Source: Chrysemys picta bellii (lineage: Eukaryota). Taken from it: DNA of 64,000 bases. Position numbers and translations under genes: made by a program. A model generated the notes under the pieces. The model made no database searches. It had not been told where the DNA came from and was given only the letters and a program-made list of their open reading frames with translations. Positions 1 to 13,703 of the stretch are shown here, in pieces (within the stretch, counting starts at the first letter, position 1; each line of letters starts with the position of its first letter). Location of the stretch: positions 7,874,001 to 7,938,000 of the forward strand of contig NC_088798.1 in assembly GCF_011386835.1 (NCBI RefSeq). The letters run 5' to 3'.

Positions 1-551
1 ACGCTGCCTCAAAAGATGCACAAAAATATCCTGTAGCAATTGCCTGAGGTGCTACAGGTTACAACAGAGGTATGAATATTGGAGGCGGGAGGGAGGGCAT
101 CCTGGCGGGGCACTGACACAAATGACACAAGTTTCGGACACTGCCACAGAGCCAGACAGACAAGAAGGCACAACTACCACAGAAGCAGAAACCTAGATAG
201 AATAACCTGTTGGGAAACTGATAAACTCATCATTAAATGGCAAGCCCACAATTAATTCCAAGGCGTGGATGGCGAGATCACAAGCTGCTCTCAGGCAGGG
301 GCACTGGAAAGCTAAGCTGGGAGACTAGGACTCTGAATCTCAGGATCCTTCTGGGTTCCCCCCTACTCCAGGGAGGGAATAAACTATGCTGGGTCAGAAC
401 CTGATGCAGGATATGCTCCCCAAAGCACTGGCAGTATCCGGCAGATTTGGGGTGCGGGAGCCAAAGCTCCACCCATTTCCTACCCCCCTGTGCCAGGAAA
501 GGCATGGGAAAGTAGTAGCTCTATGGAGCCTACTTCCCCTCCTATGGTGCG

Positions 552-714
552 GGGAGGGATAGCTCAGTGGTTTGAGCATTGGCCTGCTAAACCCAGGGTT
601 GTGAGTTCAATCCTTGAGGGGGCAAAAATCTGTCTGGGGATTGGTCCTGCTTTAGCAGGGGGTTGGACTAGATGACCTCCTGAGGTCCCTTCCAACCCTG
701 ATATTCTAGGATTC
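552..714 (+). mobile_element. Tortoise PolIII/SINE (tRNA-Lys-like head, CR1 tail)
   Basis: GGGAGGGATAGCTCAGTGG (A box)...GAGTTCAATCC (B box)...GGTCCCTTCCAACCCTGATATTCTA tail. Confidence 0.92.
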
Positions 715-2329
715 AGTTCCTTATTATTAAGTCTATGTACTGTGGTAGCACAAGGTGCTGTCCATCCACACCTAACAGCCCTGTGATGCTGCACTCGCCA
801 GGCCACAATCCGGCCCCAGATGGTTGATTAAAGTAATGGTGACGATCTGTGTAACTGTTACTTTACCAGACTAAGTGCTCACAATTTTAGAGTAACAGGA
901 AAGCTGTTTCACCCTCAAATATACAGGATTTCTTCCCCTGGGGTTTTAAAAATAATGCATTTACAAGCAAAATGATAAGAAAATAGCAAAAAGAAAAATA
1001 AACAACAACAACTGCATAGCTTGTGGGTGTTTATTTCCCCCCCTCCTCTTAGTGGAACAGATTAATTCAAAGATAAGCCTCTGGGTAACATGGGGCTGGA
1101 CTGATTCACTATCATGTGACAGATCAGTTTCATTTGGCCAAGAATCTCCAGAGGGCAGCGTTCTTGGGAGACTCAGACATACACACTCAGAAATATGCAG
1201 TTTACAGACTGTTGCCTGGGTCACCACAAACACATCCCCACTCCCCCCTCAAAGTATAGAGCAGCATGTCCAAGGAGCTGTGAACAAAAATGTATCCCAA
1301 AGGGGAAACAAATAAATAATGGATATATTTGTCTTCCTGGAAATGCTACTGGTATAAGACAACAACCAGAGTGTTCAAATCATTTCTATTGTGTTCTGGT
1401 TTTGAGAGATTTCTGGGGAGATCTGTTTGTCTTGCATGATGTTGACAAAGCCTTCCTGAACGCAGCCGTCATTGGTATTCCAGTGACAAGGGAGTTTTGT
1501 CTAAATGACCGAAAGATGCGTAGAAGGGATGTATCCCTGCGCTGGACAAACACACACACCTGTTCCCACCCCCGATCCCATTTGCAGTGCCAACCGCCCC
1601 AACCAACTCCAAACTTGTCTCCTGGGATTAGCCCCTGCATTGGTCCAAAGCACTTCCCTCAGGGGTGCCCCAGAATGCAGAGTGATTTCAGAGATGAGTG
1701 TTGTGGATCACAAGATTACAGAACAGGGCGTCCAGCATGTGATGGCATTGACAAACTGGAGCAGCTGTCGCTAGCATGTGAGAGAAGGCTTGTTGAATGA
1801 TGCAGATCAAGGAAGGATAGGAGGGATGGATGTGGGGGAGGAGAGAAAGAAAAGAGTTTTATTATCAACATCAGGAAGCAGCTGAGGGACGACAAGCTCA
1901 GATGGAGTGGGTGAATGAAGACTCGAGAAGCAGTGAAGAAAACAGGAATGCAGGAGCTAAAATTCAGCTCACTAATTTAAGTGTGTCACCAGTGTGCCTA
2001 ACCCAGGGGGGAGTCTCGTGAAGTGAGCTCACCCAGGTTTTCAATAAACAGACCAATGTCTAACTCAGGTTGGCCCACCTGGGCCTTACACTCCCACAGT
2101 GTGAATCAAGAAGTCTCTCAGTGACCTAAACACAAAGTGTGGTCAGCAATGGGCCCTGACCAGGCCTGCCTTCTTGGGTTATGGTAGAGGGAACACCCTT
2201 TTTCCCTCCCCAGGCTTCTCCCAGGTACTGCTCTTTGACAGAAGCAACCAGCCCTTTTCATTTGGTCTGCTGGGCCCTGCAGATGACCCTGGAAGGCCCT
2301 TCTAGTCAACCCTGAAGTTCCAAAACTTG

Positions 2330-2950
2330 CTGATAATAACCAGGACATAGGTGATCTGGCTTAGTGGTCAGAGCAGAAGTCATGTCTAGTGGGTGGAGCA
2401 GGCATCCAGGTTGGGGAATGAAGCCAAGGGTCAGCACCAAAGTCAACCTGCAGTTACCAGAGCCAGGGGTGGAGCCAGAGTCAGAACTTGGAATCGAAGC
2501 TGAGGGTTGTAGCTGAGGTCAGATACCAAATGCCAGAGCCAAGGATCAAGCCGGAGTCGAGGTCAGAAGTCAGAGTCGAGCCAGGGCTGGTCACTGAGGA
2601 TTGGAGGTGACGTGTAAGAACTGGAGGAGAGGCAAGGATCAAGCAGAGAGCAGGAGCATGGTGGGAACAGGGGCAAAGGCAGGAGTGAGGAACACAGCAG
2701 GAGCCAGGAACAGGGTTGGGTGTTGGAAGCAGACACAAGCAGGGCCCAATGCAGTCACAACAGGAAACCACCCTGCTGCTCAGACAAATGTGCTGTTCCT
2801 TCTCTTGGCTTAAATAGTGTAGCTGGACCAATCGGTGGAGCCGAGCGATCCTCCAATCACAGCTTCTGTGAGTGGTGCCTTGGCTGGAGCTATAGCCCTA
2901 AGTAGCTTCTCAGCCCACCTGGTTTCAGTAGTCATTGGTTGGAGCCCAGG
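2330..2950 (-). mobile_element. Probable Gypsy-type LTR remnant
   Basis: Repeated GGAGTCAG/GAGCCAG-like units, TTAAATA and paired CCAAT boxes; ends not resolved. Confidence 0.45.
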
Positions 2951-2960
2951 ATGTGGCAGC

Positions 2961-3156
2961 CAGGGCCGGCTCCAGGCACCAGCCGACCAAGCACGTGCTT
3001 GGGGCGGCACCTGAAGGGGGGCGGCGCTCCAGCCGGCCCGGGAGAGCGGGGCCGTGGCCGGGCTCGCCGCCCTCCCCGCGGCGCTCCCCGCCGGGGGGCT
3101 GGGGACGGCAGGAAGCTTTTTTGCCTGGGGCGGCAAAAAAGCCAGAGCCCGCCCTG
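2961..3156. mobile_element. hAT MITE (CAGGGCCGGCTC family)
   Basis: TIR CAGGGCCGGCTC / GAGCCCGCCCTG; perfect TSD GTGGCAGC (2953-2960, 3157-3164). Confidence 0.92.
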
Positions 3157-3536
3157 GTGGCAGCTGTCTAGGCACTCCCAGGCATGGCTTCAAGACCCAA
3201 GACATCATGCTCCGGCCCTTCTTTTCTCAGAGATCCGCTTCCCGGGGAAGAGCACAGCAAGGGAGTGGGATCTCCGGCAGTGAACGGCTAGCATATTGCC
3301 ATCCCTAGCTGCCTAACTTCTGGCATCCAATTTTAAAAATGGTGGCCTCAACCTCTCTGTCCCGCAGTTGCCTCACCTGTATGATGGGGATAAGGACTTT
3401 GAGATAAAAGGCACTGCATTAGTCCAGAGTATTGCTAATCAGGCCCAACGAGCAGGCAGATCAGCTGTAAGACTGACTGGACTGATTCTTAAGTGTTTAT
3501 GTGCTAAATATGAATGTCACACAGAGCTCAGCCTCT

Positions 3537-3785
3537 GAGGAAGACTGTATGGTCTAGTGGCTCGGGCACTGGACCTGGAACACAGGAGAGATGGGTTCTG
3601 TCCTCTGATCTGCTGTGTGACCCTGAGCAAGTCACTTCACTGCTGTCTCCCTTCCCACTCTGTGTCTATCTTTTCTATTTAGATTGTAAAGACTTCTTGG
3701 CAGGGCCAGTCCGTCACTGTATTTGTATGGTGCTGGGCAGAAGGGGGCTCCTAGTTGCTACTGTAAAAAATAATGAGAAATCGGA
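3537..3785 (+). mobile_element. MIR-like CORE-SINE
   Basis: GGTCTAGTGG head, TGTGTGACCCTGAGCAAGTCACTT core, TTAGATTGTAAAG...GGCAGGG tail. Confidence 0.8.
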
Positions 3786-4557
3786 GTAATAATGTAGCCA
3801 TTCTGCTCTGAGGAACAAGGTGAGAGGAGGAGGGGAGAGACGTCAAAGAAATAGAAAGGATTTGGGGTGTCACCTATTCACGGTGTTGCTACCTGAACAC
3901 TGATCTTTGACCAAAACCTTTTTCTCATTTAACAGCCAGAAAAGCAATCCATGGGAGACAATAAAACCATTATAGAGTGGCGCTGGTTGTTACTTTTAAC
4001 TGAAACAGAGACAACAGATGGTCTCCTTTAATACTGTCACAAAGGTCAAAATTAGCCATCCCTAAGGCCAACATGTTCTTGAAATGCTCAAGTGCTTGCA
4101 TGTGGGCCGTTATGACTAAGCCACTCTCCAGAATGAGAAATGTCCAACTAAGAACACCACTCCAAATAGCGCAACAATTCCTATCGATGGATAATGTGTA
4201 ATGTGTTCAGAGACGGTGTCAACAGCTGCTCATAAAACCGGATTCGTCAGCCGTTTCAAAGGAGTCTGTCAGCTCTTTCTATTATAACTTTGGAAGATAA
4301 TATATTTATGCTGTTGTTTAAAAATATCTTTCTAGATGCTTGAAAATATAAAAGCTTTTTCTACCAATTCTGAGCTTATTTCCTCTACCGCAGCCCAAGT
4401 AAATCTGACTTTTACATATTGGTCTCGGAGGAAAACTTCAGAGCTTTTCTTTGCCTGTTTCCTTATTTATGCAGCAGCATCCAGGTGAATGCCGATGCAG
4501 GAAGTGGGATCTGCAACCACAAGCTAGTGCGGTTTTGGTGAGACCTACAGAAACAGT

Positions 4558-5327
4558 TGTAGTAAGAGGAGGCCCTGAGATATAAACCTTGGTATCAGAG
4601 GCCTGGTATGAGGCCTAAGGCCTGAACTAAAGTAGTGGTCAAGACTTTGCTAACATAAAGCAAAGTTAAGCTGTGAGCCAGAAGCAGGCCCTGCTTACAG
4701 AAGCTGGCAAGGAAAGGGCTGATGCTGCAAAAAGAGACATACCTAAAAGGTACTGACACCAGATATCAGAACATACATTATACCGGAACATTCCACAGAT
4801 AACAAGGAACAGGCCGACCCATCCCAATGACAGGGGCAAAAGGGTAAAATGATGGATAGAGTTGTTTTGATCGAACCAACATGTACAAGGTGAGAGGCGG
4901 CACCTTACTACGTAGAGGGGTTGTACCTTGCTACGTAGAGGGATACCTCAATACGTCAGGAGTGATGTGTAACTTGTTTGTACCTGTGTATAAGAATGTA
5001 TCCCTGGGGTGGTGTCTTTGTCCGGCCACGGGGGCAGTGGAAAGTCCCGCCACTGAGCCGGGTCCTTGCCAAGAGGCATCTATTAGTAGTATGCCCGGTA
5101 GACTAAGTAGTCTACGGGGAACTGCAATTGTGTCCGAGGTCGCAATAAACCTGGCCGAGGTGCCTTTGTACCTTACTAGACTCTGTGGTTATTGGGGGTT
5201 CTCGTTGGGTCTGCTGTGTCAGCTATCTGCGCAGAGCTGGGGCAGCACACAGAGGGAACACACGCACGCAGCCGAGTGATATCAACAGGAGAAAGCAGAA
5301 GCACCACACCGGTAGCATCTGACAACA
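4558..5327 (+). mobile_element. Solo LTR (ERV-like), 770 bp
   Basis: TGTAGT...ACAACA termini, 5-bp TSD ACAGT (4553-4557, 5328-5332), TATA-like GTATAAGA near 4990, AATAAA near 5145. Confidence 0.9.
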
Positions 5328-7329
5328 ACAGTCGCTGACTTCATTTTCTCCTGGCAGAGGCTCTTTTTGGAAGTTGTTAAGAATATGGAAGATATTCCCA
5401 CATTTCAAGACAGCCATAGTTGGGTATTAAAATACCTACTGATACCTTTAAAACTGCATTAGTTTCCAAAGAATTTGTAGCACTTTACACATTATTTATT
5501 GTGTAGACTAATTAATCCTTGGCACTCCAATGAGGCATGCATTTTTTTTTTTAATCTCCCACTTAGCAGATAGGGCAGAGAGAAGTTAGGGGACATGCCT
5601 GACGTCACGCAAGTGAGTCCGTAGCAGAGCCAAACAACACTCTCATCCCCTGCTCTAATCTCTAGACCACTCTCCCTCATATGCTGTCATTTAAATAAAA
5701 AGGCCTATTGGCAAGGATAGGTGAAGAAAGCAGCCATGCATGAAATGTGCCCTACAGTATATTAATGGGAGATTGCCAGACAAACCAAACAAGGCCTTTG
5801 GTCGCATCATCTTAGGCTTGTTGTCTCTGCTCGTTTGCATCTCACTGTGTGCTTGCTGCCAGATTCCCAGCTGGAAGGGAAGGATTTGCTTTCCGTAGCC
5901 CACTCTGGACTCAGCTGCAATCACGCAGAGCATTGAAAAAAATCCCATTGAACCGGGATTCATTCTGAACGCGTAAAACCCAGACAAATGACTGCTTTCC
6001 CAAAGTGAATCCCATTTCACAGCAACTAGGTTATTAGTGTGGAACTCCATACGAGTAGCCTGCATTCAAAAGCCCTCTGCATTATTAATGGAATATGAGC
6101 TTTTGACATCAAAGGAGATCCATTATATATGCTAAATGGTGGCAAAAATTGTACCCGCACTTCAAACCTTTTCAGTTCTTTGTCCCTGGTAAATCAATCA
6201 AGGTTGACAGACGCTTTAAGGAGAGTAATCGTTGCAATGATCCTGTCAATGGATAACATAATGGAACATTGTCTCTGTGCTGCGTGAAGACATGGAGCTA
6301 GTCAATTATGGACAACACTTCACACAGCCGCCTGCTTTCACGTGAAGTGCTGCTGTTGAAGTATTAGAATCCCAACAAATGTCTGCAGTGGCATACAATG
6401 TAAAATGAGACCTCCTGAAGCTTTGGAAAATTAATTAGCAACAACACTGGCCTATTCCCACACTTTCAAACATCGGCCTGATAACACTAACGATGCACTT
6501 CCCCCGCCTCTTGGAGCATTCAGTGGATTGTATTTACATACACAATTTTTAATCTCCAACACTTTCCCCCCGCCCCTTCAAACACACAAAACTCTCAAAC
6601 CGAGGCGTCTTTTTATATCTTTTATGCAGCGATCCTAGCAGCACAGTCAATGATATTTCCAACTGTTCGCACAACTCCTACACATGCAGCTGAAAATGCT
6701 ACAGCTTGGAGACTATTTCATTTGGAAAACAGTGGCAACTTCCGGTGGCTCCTTTAAATGCATCCCCTTGGTGTTTTCAAATCCGCAAGCATTCCCATTC
6801 ACATCTAGATACGTGCATATCAATACACATTCTGCTCTATGCAGAGATTAATGCTTTGGATTGAGGACAGGGTATATCCTCCAAACGAAACAGGAGATCA
6901 GTGGGCTGAAAAGCCCGCCTCTGAAGTTGAACAGCAGCGTAGCTATTGTTTGGGGACCTGCCACTGAACTGGTTCATTGTGCTCCCTTGTATGACACATT
7001 GGCTCGCACTGCAAACAAACCCTACGCTGCATTAAGTGACACAGCAACTACATAGGTTGGGGGCGCTGACACTACATAATATATTGCCTGCCAGCAGCAC
7101 CAGAATGAACTGCAGCGGGCTGGGAGCCAACATGCGCTTTCAGCTTCCAGCTACCACCAAACACAAACCTACGAGTCAGAGGGGGAGGCAGCGTTTTTTA
7201 TTTAATTGTTGGCACCTATTTCCTACATCCCTTTTTAAGGGAGAGTTTGGACTAATTTCCCTTGTTAAGAGAAAGTACCTGTCACACACATACGTTAAGT
7301 CTCCAATTTTCTGTCCCTTTTAGGGACTG

Positions 7330-7525
7330 TTACATCACTGTAGCATCTGAGCGCCTTGCAGTGTTTAATGCATTTAGCCACATAACCTCCCTGCGAGGTA
7401 GGGCAGTGCTATTCCCCCATTGTACACGTGGGAAACTGAGGTACAAAGAAACAAAGTGACTTGCCCAAGGTCTCACAGGAAGCCTGTGGCAGAATCAGGG
7501 CTTCAACCCAGGTCTCCCAAGCCCT
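7330..7525 (-). mobile_element. MIR-like CORE-SINE
   Basis: GGGAAACTGAGG...AAGTGACTTGCCCAAGGTCTCACAG antisense core. Confidence 0.8.
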
Positions 7526-7832
7526 ATGTACCCTTCTGCCCCCCAATCTCTCACTTTGGTTAATTGAGATGGCATTATGGAGACAGGGAGGATGCGAGTG
7601 CCACACACCAGCTGTCATGTCATTCACAAGGAACCCCCGCTCATACCACAGAGCTAGAAACATAATGTGTGGAGGGGTGAGGGAGGGAGAAAACAGAGAT
7701 TGAGGAAATACAATTGTGGTCAATGAAAGGAGTCAGACTATGACAAACTAAAACAGATTTCTGCTGAGAACCGAAGCCTCCATCCTCTAGAATCCTTCCC
7801 TCAGTCTAGCTAAAAATGCGACCGATATCTTA

Positions 7833-8349
7833 TAGAGCTGCTCAAAAAATTTCTGACTAAATGATTTTCCATTGAAAAAAGCTGATGCCAAGAAATCAAG
7901 TTTTTTGTATGTGAAAATGTATCAATATGATCAACATTTCCAACAGGAAATTATCAAAGCATTTCATTTTGACTTTATCATTGTTTACTTTTATGAATAT
8001 AATATAATAGTTGAAACTTTTTTATTATAACGTAACATAAAAGTCAAAATTATAAAGCCAGACACTCTGGTTACTTTCTGCAGACCTCAGAAAGCTGTGA
8101 AGCTCAAAACCTTGTTCCCTTCCACCAGAGAAGTTGGTCCAGTAAAAGATATTACCTCACCCACCTTGTCAAAGTTCAAATGAAACATTTAGACTTTATC
8201 AAAATGAACTGTTTCAATGAGGTTGGAACAAAATAGTTTAGAATATTTCATTTTGTGAATAATAATAATTCCAAGATTTTGACTTTTTGTCCAAATTTGG
8301 AAATCTTGGATTTCCGGAGGAACTGAAATTCTGTTTTCAGCCTGCTCCA
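7833..8349. mobile_element. Old hAT-like element (TAGAGCTG ends)
   Basis: TAGAGCTG / CTGCTCCA ends; flanks ATATCTTA vs ACGTCTTA (6/8, differences at a CpG); AT-rich interior. Confidence 0.6.
8082..8172 (+). mobile_element. Degenerate PLE-type 3' fragment nested in a hAT-like element
   Basis: GTTGGTCCAGTAAAAGATATTACCTCACCCACCTTGTC resembles a common turtle PLE-derived end as recalled; preceded by a decayed hammerhead-like string. Confidence 0.5.
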
Positions 8350-11261
8350 ACGTCTTACAACCTTACAAGTAGGATGACTTAGGCTGTTAATATTTTGTAT
8401 GTGGACAACTGTAAGATGTATAACCACAATATACAACTTGGAGAGAAGGGGTTGTGATCTCCACTGGTAATTGACGGAAAAATGGTGACAAACATATTGT
8501 CATTAACATTTGAAAATATTTCATGCTTCACATTAAAAACAAAATTCATAGACTTTCATTAAGCCTCACATTTATCTTTTTTAAAAAAAAAAGGAAAATA
8601 AAAACAAAATAAGAGAAATGTTGCTTACAAACGAGAAATCTTCAGCATTCTGACAGAGTAGCTTAGGGAAAATAGCCTGTCTCTGAAATCTTTCTTCCTC
8701 TTCAAAGATGTTCCCATACATGAAGCCATTCATCATGGTGGAGTGGGCATGGATGTCAATATAGAACTCCAGGCTAATTTTCTATTGAGGAGACAGACAA
8801 ACAAGCAAACATGAGATAGCCCACAAAAACATTTGAAAGGAGAAGCCTGTGTTAACAGTAAGGCTGCCATCCTTAAAACCATATAGTAGTTGTAGGGTAT
8901 GCATAATCAGAGAGCTATACTGGCTATATTGCTTTGATTTATGCAAACCTATCCATGCCTCTTTGGCTCTGCAAAACTGCGGTTGAAATCTTGCAAACAA
9001 ATGTGCTCTTGTGGGATTGTCAGTATATGCTGATCCCCATTGGGGTGGAAATATCCGAGTCTACTAACTCTCTAAACACTAAGGAGGACCCAATGCAGAG
9101 AAAAAGGCAGAGTGACCTCAGTTCTGACCTTTCTTTTCTCTGCTGTTTGTAGCCCCCTGTGCTTCTCTTCTTCATTGTACTCCCTAAATGGCTAGCAAGC
9201 TTCACTCTCCCTACCCAACTTGATTCCCCTGTGTTCCAGGAGTCAGCCTGACCATCTAATGACAATGCAGTCCACTTCCATGCAAGGACCTTAGTTTGAG
9301 GTCAAAGTCTCCAGGCTCCATTGGGAACCCTCAGAAGGGCCTTGCTCAGCCCCTTAGGGAGGGGTTGCTTTGGGTCACTCTCACGTGACACATCCTGATT
9401 TATTTTTCTACTCTTAAATGCTCAGATTTCCAGGCCTCAGGTGTGACATAAAAAGCTAGAACAGAATAGAACTCCATACACAGCCCTCCAACCCTCCTGA
9501 GCCAGAGGAAGAGATCCTGCAATACAGGGACTTGGTTGGTGAGAAGCATGGAGCATTACTAGAAGACTCCCTGCCTATAAAATGGACCATAGTAAAATCT
9601 CACAAGCAGCCAGAGTCTCACATTTAAGACCAAAATGTTTATAATACCCAGTAATTTAGTTACAATCAATACATAGGGCCAAAATAATGACCTTACTCTT
9701 CAAGTGCATCTCTCATTGAAATAAAAGGGCTATCAACAGCCAATCATACAGAACACTGTTATAATATATGTAGATTCCTGATCCCAACACAGCACTGGAG
9801 TTGCCCTATAGACATAGGTTACCCTTAATAGTAAACTGCAGGCAAAAAAATTGCCGTGAATATATGTTGATAACAATATTATAACAAATCCACCCAGCTC
9901 TTCACACTTTTCATGGTGCTGCACAACATGGGGCTACTAGGAACTTCATGGTGACAGCAGGGATAAAATTCAGATCTTCCTGCTCCAAGGGTGCAGACCC
10001 CCTTACTGGAGCTAAGGGGAAAAAATTCTGTTAGCACTATAGGAACTGTAACACTCAGCTAAGTAGTCCTGCCACTATCCAGTACCAGGTGGTGGTACGT
10101 GAATATACCAGCCAGTATAGTACAATGCATAAATATATGCAGTAAATTTAGGCAGCATATAATGTATGCTAAGCTTGATAAGAATACATGCTGCTGCCGA
10201 GAAGTATCTAGGAGGACGCTGCATTACAAGACAGTCCAATGCAATACAAAAGCATTTCACGTGACACTAGTGGCAGCTCTCCTAGATGCTCTCTAATGAG
10301 GGAAGAGCATAATTTGGCATGTGATACTAATATGATTCAGATTTACTTTCCCTTGGCAGTAAACCAATGCACAACCCACAATGACTGTTTAGTTTAATTA
10401 AACAGCCAAGAGAGTAATATTGCATCTTATTAAGCCTCTCCTGTGTTAAGATGCTAGTTAATGCAATATCAATAGGTGACTATACTACATAGATAAAGGA
10501 GAACTTGATTGCATTTGACTCTAATATAATATAGTTAATTGTTTGCTACTGCCAAAACATTATACTGTGCTGTAGAGGACCAGCTTAACAATAAAAGCAC
10601 ACCAGCAATTCAGAGTTATACTATGGAGAGGAAAGATTAGCATATATTGTATGAAATATCAAGCAGAATTTTCCTCTTTAGAAAAAATCAGTTTCAAAGC
10701 ATAAAGAAATTAACAACACTGGAGCACATTACTTTCCATATGATAATTTCCCCATCAGAAAGAAAATCTGATGCAATCGGATACTTCTCAGCATTTCATA
10801 ATAAAATACTGTAGCACATTATAATAGTAGATTTGTAATGATTGAATTGACATCTAAGAGGATTTATGATCTAGATATCTAAGGTATTTCTAAGGCCTCT
10901 TCTACATTTGTATCTAAGTGCCATACAAATTTAAGATACATAAGAATCCATAACCTAAATGATGTTACTTCCCTTCATTTCTCCACCTATGGGTGTGCAT
11001 TAAAGTAAGGTTTAGTTGTAGAGATGGGATTGTGTTGTCATTTACATACATAGTTCTTGGAGGAAGACCCTCAAACATGCCTCATATCTGGATCTAAAGT
11101 CACTCAGTTTGGGTTCTTCTGATAATGATCTTATCTATGGATATAGGATACCCCCGTACATGTATTTGAAAGTCCGACACCCATGGAAGCAAAGGATTTT
11201 TTTTTAGCTGGTCTAGCAGGCTGTAACTAGGAGCAAATAGTTAATATAAGCAACATTTAGG

Positions 11262-11630
11262 CTGACCTCCTGCATAACCCAGGCCATTGAATTTCACACA
11301 GTGCTTCCTGCATCAAGCCTATAACTTCTGGTTGACCTAAAGCATACAGTTAGAAAAACATCCAACCTTGATTTAAAAGACCTCAAGGGACAGGGAATCT
11401 ACCATGACCCTAGGTAAATTGTTTCAGTGGTTAATTACCCTCACTGTTAAAAATTAGCACCTTATTTCCTGTCTGAATGTGTCTAGTGTCAGTTTCAGCC
11501 ATGGGATTTTGTTATGCCTTTGTTTTCTAGTTTAAAAAACCCTTCACATGAGGAAGGATTTCTGATGGTAGTTACTTTTCGACCATGATCAAGTCACCTC
11601 CTTAACCTTCTATCTGAGAAGTTAAATAGA
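11262..11630 (-). mobile_element. Older CR1 3' fragment
   Basis: CCAGTGGTTAATTACCCTCACTGTTAAAAA-like and GATCAAGTCACCTCCTTAACCTTC CR1 motifs. Confidence 0.75.
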
Positions 11631-11984
11631 TTCTGAAGTCTCACACTGTAAGATGTATATCATTTATTCCTGTACTGGACGGGACAAAGAACTGGAGTAT
11701 AAACTGGCAAGTGTCTTGAGATAGGCACCAGAGTCTAGGAGGAAGAGTGCTAATATTGCACAATTTAAAAGAAAGTGTAGTATAGTTGACACAGCGGCCT
11801 AGAAGTCACTCAGTTTCATTGTCACAATAGTAAATTAATCCCTGGCGTATCTCTGACACAGTCAAGGGAGTTACAGCAGAGATGAATTTAGCCTCTGTCT
11901 CTGGGTGCGGTGGAGTTGGTACTCTCCTCTCACCTTTCCTTGATCTAAGTATAACCTGCTCTAAGCACCCATGAATCCTGAACC

Positions 11985-12255
11985 CAGGGCTGGCGCTTCC
12001 ACGAGGTGACCCGAGGTGGTCGCCTAGGATGGCAGGATTTAGGGGGCTGCATTTTGCTGCCCTCGGTGGAAATTCAGCAGCGGGGGCTCCTTCCACTCCG
12101 GGTCTTCAGCGCAAGTTCGGCGGCGGGTCCTTCCCTCGCTCCGGGACCCGCCGTCAAAGTGCCCCAAAGACGCTGAGTGGAAGGACCCCCGCCACCGAAT
12201 GCTCAGAGGAGGAGCGCTGCCTCCTAGGGTGGCAAAAACCCTGGCGCCGTTCCTG
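11985..12255. mobile_element. hAT MITE
   Basis: CAGGGCTGGCGC / GCGCCGTTCCTG ends; perfect TSD CCTGAACC (11977-11984, 12256-12263). Confidence 0.9.
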
Positions 12256-12359
12256 CCTGAACCACTGCCTAATATCACTTGCACCTTAAACAAGATGATT
12301 GAAGGCACTCCATTTTTGTGACTTACACACACGACGCAATAAGAATACCGAACTATTAT

Positions 12360-12525
12360 AAGGCTCTTTTAATCCATAGGTCTACATGTTTTACAAAAGT
12401 GGTAAGTAGCATCATCATGTTACAGAACTGGACCCTGAGGCACAGAGTTGAAATGACTTTCCCAAGTTTACACAGCAGGCCAGTGGTAGAACCAAGAACA
12501 TATCCCAGCTCTCCTGAGGTCCAGT
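12360..12525 (-). mobile_element. MIR-like CORE-SINE
   Basis: CTGAGGCACAGAG...AATGACTTTCCCAAG antisense core. Confidence 0.7.
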
Positions 12526-13232
12526 ATAGTACGCTAGCATAGTATTATTAAAGGGTATTCCTATCTTCTCCCAGTCTCCTGGATAAAATAGAAGTCTTCT
12601 GAGGAACTAGAATTCTCTTGGGATTCTGAAATTCCTTTTTTTAAAATGATCAAGCCTGCTGCATTCATGTCACCACCTTCTAAGCAGAGTCATGTGATTA
12701 ATTAAAAATGTTCAAATAATGCTTTTGAAAAATATAATGAGATTCAGCAGATAAATTATCTGATGGGCAAATCATTTAAAAATATTAATCCAATATCTTG
12801 AAATGTATCATATAAGTTATCTAACGAATAGTATTTAACCAGTTCTTCTTCTGATCATATCTCATCTTTGTCCCTCAAATCCATATCAAATCCATCTCCA
12901 TCCCACACATCCCAGTCCAAATCTGCAGTAGCCCATCCTATTCAGTGACATGTTACACATTGCTATAATAATTGCCATTTACAGGAACTACTCCCAGATC
13001 GTGATGCATGAGCAGAACGATATTTCAGTGTTTCACATCTCTTTTCTTCTGAATCACGTTTATTATTATTTTATCAAAGGGAAACATCTTGCACATTCTC
13101 CATTACAGAGTAGATTCACTCACAGCATTGTTAATATAATACAAATGTTCCCAGTAGAAAGATTCTCTTTGTTCACAGGCACAAAGGAGCTGGCCTGGAC
13201 TTACAGTGGACAATGGCAGCATAGATAATAGA

Positions 13233-13310
13233 TAATACTTAGTCCTGCCATGAGTGCAGGGGACTGGACTAGATGATGTCTCAAGGTCCCTTCCAGTCCT
13301 ATGATTCTAT
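13233..13310 (+). mobile_element. CR1 3' tail
   Basis: GGACTGGACTAGATGA...GGTCCCTTCCAGTCCTATGATTCTAT. Confidence 0.8.
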
Positions 13311-13418
13311 AGTTACTGGGCTGTTATACTCAATCATTTGCTATGTCCCAATCTGTGGAGGGCCAGTTTGGAGTTTTGTTTTCCAACTGAATTAAGTTGT
13401 GTTCCCTAACTATAATGA

Positions 13419-13469
<51 letters not shown>
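13419..13469 (+). repeat. Compound (CT)n(TA)n(CA)n microsatellite
   Basis: Seen directly, abutting the Tc1-type MITE. Confidence 0.95.
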
Positions 13470-13472
13470 CCC

Positions 13473-13664
13473 TACCTCTACCCCGATATAATGCGACCCG
13501 ATATAACATGAATTCTGATATAACGCGGTGCTTGGGGGGGGGAGGAGGAGGGGTGGGCTGCGCACTCTGGCGGATCAAAGCAAGTTCGACATAACGCGGT
13601 TTCACCTATAACGCGGTAAGATTTTTTGGCTCCCAAGGACAGCGTTATATCAAGGTAGAGGTGT
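13473..13664. mobile_element. Tc1/mariner-type MITE, same family as 23660-23846, opposite orientation
   Basis: CCTCTACCCCGATATAA / TTATATCAAGGTAGAGG ends; interior is the reverse complement of the 23660 copy. Confidence 0.88.
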
Positions 13665-13703
13665 GTATATATATCCCAAAGCACTTCAAATATGGGAATT
13701 GTT

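Noticed and set aside
552-625. tRNA-like sequences (also 19728-19795 and 36830-36898)
   Set aside because: They run directly into the SINE body and CR1 tail, so they are SINE heads, not tRNA genes.
1195-1800. 201-aa plus-strand ORF
   Set aside because: No recognisable domain, Cys/Pro-rich random composition and no convincing splice context.
2118-2348. ORF with REKGCSLYH resembling a Gypsy gag knuckle
   Set aside because: Similarity too weak; cysteines not in CCHC spacing.
4881-5279. 132-aa ORF
   Set aside because: Lies inside a solo LTR and has no retroviral protein motif.
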